A program made the translations under genes and the position numbers. 64,000 nucleotides of DNA from Promethearchaeota archaeon (GTDB taxonomy: Archaea; Asgardarchaeota; Lokiarchaeia; Sigyniarchaeales; SOKP01). This document shows positions 61,642 through 64,000 of the stretch, one piece after another; positions within the stretch are counted from its first letter, which is position 1; each line of letters begins with the position of its first letter. The notes beneath the pieces were generated by a model, which did no database searches, was not told the origin of the DNA, and worked only from the letters and a program-made list of their open reading frames with translations. The stretch is taken from contig JBHLNF010000009.1 in NCBI GenBank assembly GCA_048937405.1, forward strand, positions 1 to 64,000, read 5' to 3'.

Positions 61642-61990
61642 TTTATAAAGAAACCAACCTTAGATAATTTTTTTTAGTTATTTAAGAGATATAATATAAT
61701 AAAGAAATAATTACTTTTTCATTCTTAATTTAAGTTAAATAATTATAAGAAATGGTTGAATCTCTTATTATTAATCTCTTATTTTACTATCTCAATGGGA
61801 TTCTCTTTCAAATTCTCAAAATTTTTTTATAATAGCTCTAATTTTAATATATCAAAACCGATTATCTATTTAAATTATTTTAATAATTTAAGAAATCTTC
61901 TCTGTTGGATTGAGAATAAAGTATCAGAGGAAAATCATTAAATTATCGAAAAATACTTTTTATAAACTAGTTTTTGTCTATTATTTTAAA

Positions 61991-62160
61991 CAGAATATAG
62001 CTTAAAAGATTAAAATGCCTCTATCTAAGGAACAGGAGTATGTTCTTTGATCTTTATTAGAGAAAAATCGGTTTTTATACAATTTTGCGATAGTTGAATA
62101 AATAAAGAATTGGTATCAGAACAAAAATAAATCAAAGGAAAAAAAGTGTTATTTTATCGT
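61991..62160 (+). pseudogene. tnpB: Decayed N-terminal fragment of a second IS605-type tnpB
   Basis: Frame of ATG 62015 reads A*KIKMPLSKEQEYVL*SLLEKNRFLYNFAIVE*IKNWYQNKNKSKEKKCY, resembling the OrfB HTH pattern KIxxxPxxEQExVLWxLxEKCRxLYNFAxxER; stops at 62003, 62048 and 62099. Confidence 0.6.
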
Positions 62161-62424
62161 GTATTTAGACCACTAAAGGATCTTATCCTTGTTAAAAACA
62201 ATATTAAATGACATGCAATTAATTCAGATTGAATATTTATAAATTCATTTTTAATTATAATAGAATGCATTTTTTACTATTAGAGGTATATTTGAAATTG
62301 TTTTTCTATCTAAACAATCGTTTTTAGTTATTCTTTCTATTTACAATAGGAAAATTTATACGCTTAAATTAATATTAATATTTTAAAATTTTAAATTTTA
62401 AAAATTTATTATGATGCGAATAAT

Positions 62425-62793
62425 ATGAATGGAAAGCAGAAATTTATCGTGTTACTTGGTGTATTTCAATTTGTCTTGATTTTTATTGTATTTTTCTCTG
62501 TTAATGGGATTATAACATTTGTTTCCGCACAAGATACCGCAAGTTCTTTTGATTATTATAATACAATAACTGCAGCAGCATTAGCAATTGGAGCATCAAT
62601 CTCAGTTGGAGCGGCATTAGTAGGAAGTGGTATGGCATTAAAAACTGTAGGTACTGCTGCAATTGCTTCCCTATCAGAGAGAGAAGAGACATTTTTTAAA
62701 GCATTTTTGGTTGTCGCTTTATGTGAAGCTTTAGCGATATATGGATTGATTATTGCTATACTTTTATGGACAAAGATTCCTGATATTCCATAA
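62425..62793 (+). CDS. atpK: A/V-type ATP synthase proteolipid subunit K/c with N-terminal leader
   Basis: AAALAIG...GSGMAL...VALCEALAIYGLII. Confidence 0.92.
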   Translation: MNGKQKFIVLLGVFQFVLIFIVFFSVNGIITFVSAQDTASSFDYYNTITAAALAIGASISVGAALVGSGMALKTVGTAAIASLSEREETFFKAFLVVALCEALAIYGLIIAILLWTKIPDIP

Positions 62794-62848
62794 AATCAGT
62801 TTATTTATATAAATTTTTTTATCCTTTTCAAATTATGGTGATAAATTT

Positions 62849-63907
62849 ACGAGTTCAATCGTCCCATCCTATTCTTACACATTTATAAGAATAGGTTTTT
62901 TAAGAAAGCTAATAATTGATGATTATAATTTACTTAATATTGACAAAATAAATTCTATTGATACGCTTTTAGAATTTATTAATCCTTTCTACCCAGATTT
63001 AGCTATAAAAGAAAAAACTATTGAAAATATTGAAATGGCTCTTTATCATAACTATATTAAGATGGTTGGTAAAATAATGCTTTACTCACCATCAAATATG
63101 AAAACTTTTCTAACATTCTATCTCTTAAAATTTGAAATAATAAATATTAAACAAATTATCATTGGTTCAATTTTAGGCTTAAGAGTTAAAGATAAGAAAA
63201 AAATGGTTAATTTTGTTGTAGAAGAGTATTTAGATAACACAGAGTTCATTGATGATCTGCTTAAAATCTCATCTTTGGATGAAATTCAATATTTTATGAA
63301 AAAAACGAGATATAATATACCTATAAGTGAAGGTATTTCGTATTTTAAAAAATACAGAGAAATATTTGTTTTAGAAGCTTTTTTGGATAAATTTTACTAC
63401 GAAAATATGATAATTCAGTTAAATAATTTGAGAGCTCAAGAAAGAAAAATCATAGAGACATTTGTAAAATATAAGACTGAAATTTATAATTTAAAAATCA
63501 TTTTTCGAGGTTTAAAAAATGGTATTGAAAAAGAGTTATTGTCTCAATTTCTAATTGATTATCATTTATTTTTAGATATGGGTAAGATAAATTATTTATT
63601 AAGTATTGAAGATTTGAATGTTCTAATCTCTCTAATTGAAGAGTATATTAATAGTAATAGGGAATTAAAAAGAGGCTCTGAGCAGAAACTAGTTGATAGA
63701 GAGCATTTAATTAATTCAATTGAAGACTTATATCTTCATTATTATTTTATAAAATTTAAAATTAGTATGGGTGAAATTGATTTAATCACAATATTCAGAA
63801 TTTTAGAATTAATTATAAAGAAAGAAAATGAAATTAGATTTCATATTATTCCAAAAATAGTAAAAATAATTCATGAAAAATTTGAAAAATTACAATCAAT
63901 TGAATAA
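62849..63907 (+). CDS. atpC: A/V-type ATP synthase subunit C (N-terminus extended; non-canonical start)
   Basis: Frame open from 62813 (TAA at 62810): TSSIVPSYSYTFIRIGFLRKLII...EFINPFY...IEMAL; LEAFLDKFYY, EIYNLKIIFRG; ~352 aa from ACG 62849. Confidence 0.75.
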   Translation, partial: TSSIVPSYSYTFIRIGFLRKLIIDDYNLLNIDKINSIDTLLEFINPFYPDLAIKEKTIENIEMALYHNYIKMVGKIMLYSPSNMKTFLTFYLLKFEIINIKQIIIGSILGLRVKDKKKMVNFVVEEYLDNTEFIDDLLKISSLDEIQYFMKKTRYNIPISEGISYFKKYREIFVLEAFLDKFYYENMIIQLNNLRAQERKIIETFVKYKTEIYNLKIIFRGLKNGIEKELLSQFLIDYHLFLDMGKINYLLSIEDLNVLISLIEEYINSNRELKRGSEQKLVDREHLINSIEDLYLHYYFIKFKISMGEIDLITIFRILELIIKKENEIRFHIIPKIVKIIHEKFEKLQSIE

Positions 63908-63937
63908 TAAAAATATGGAAAATAATAGGTTATAACA

Positions 63938-64000
63938 ATGGAAATTTTCGAATGGATTAAAGAGATCGAAAAAGTTTATGAAAATTTGATTGAAAAAGCT
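63938..64000 (+). CDS. Start of next ATPase-operon gene (subunit H/G-like), truncated by window end
   Basis: MEIFEWIKEIEKVYENLIEKA; position after atpC. Confidence 0.45.
   Translation, partial: MEIFEWIKEIEKVYENLIEKA

Noticed and set aside
61756-61941. 61-aa TTG ORF
   Set aside because: Low-complexity AT-rich translation with no SD or motif
62048-62050. TGA at a Trp position as evidence of recoding or selenocysteine
   Set aside because: The same frame also has TAA stops, and TGA terminates many intact genes in the window; pseudogene decay explains it
1-64000. tRNA, rRNA, CRISPR array, prophage or integrase
   Set aside because: No GC-rich cloverleaf or rRNA tract, no repeat-spacer array and no integrase or viral hallmark gene seen by eye

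Overview
Very AT-rich archaeal DNA. Gene content points to an Asgard archaeon, most likely Lokiarchaeia/Promethearchaeota (inference from a Rag-like small GTPase, a divergent TFB, stand-alone 7TM and MCP proteins and A/V-ATPase genes). It has about 55 CDSs and no rRNA, tRNA or CRISPR array that I can see. Housekeeping blocks are purSQL/purC, glmM-glmS and the start of an A/V-ATPase operon. Accessory blocks are: (i) an FG-GAP propeller membrane protein missed by the ORF track; (ii) a CBS membrane protein paired with a membrane-anchored RGG/aromatic low-complexity zinc-ribbon protein; (iii) an alkyl-DHAP-synthase-like/Fe-S/FGGY kinase operon; (iv) a ~20 kb stress/dormancy-like block (3 USPs, S2P-CBS protease, P3A H+-ATPase, glucan phosphorylase, H+-PPase with DUF47, Rag-like GTPase, ArsR, Lrp, TFB, stomatin); (v) a gamma-glutamyl ligase/cyclotransferase/amidotransferase triad behind a 2-hydroxyacyl-CoA dehydratase operon that is interrupted by a TnpB with a rearranged RuvC; (vi) a second, decayed tnpB. 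At least three conserved genes (two USPs and atpC) have no ATG/GTG/TTG at their homology-defined start but a strong Shine-Dalgarno followed by ATT/ATC/ATA/ACG, which suggests non-canonical initiation (or a -1 frameshift for atpC).
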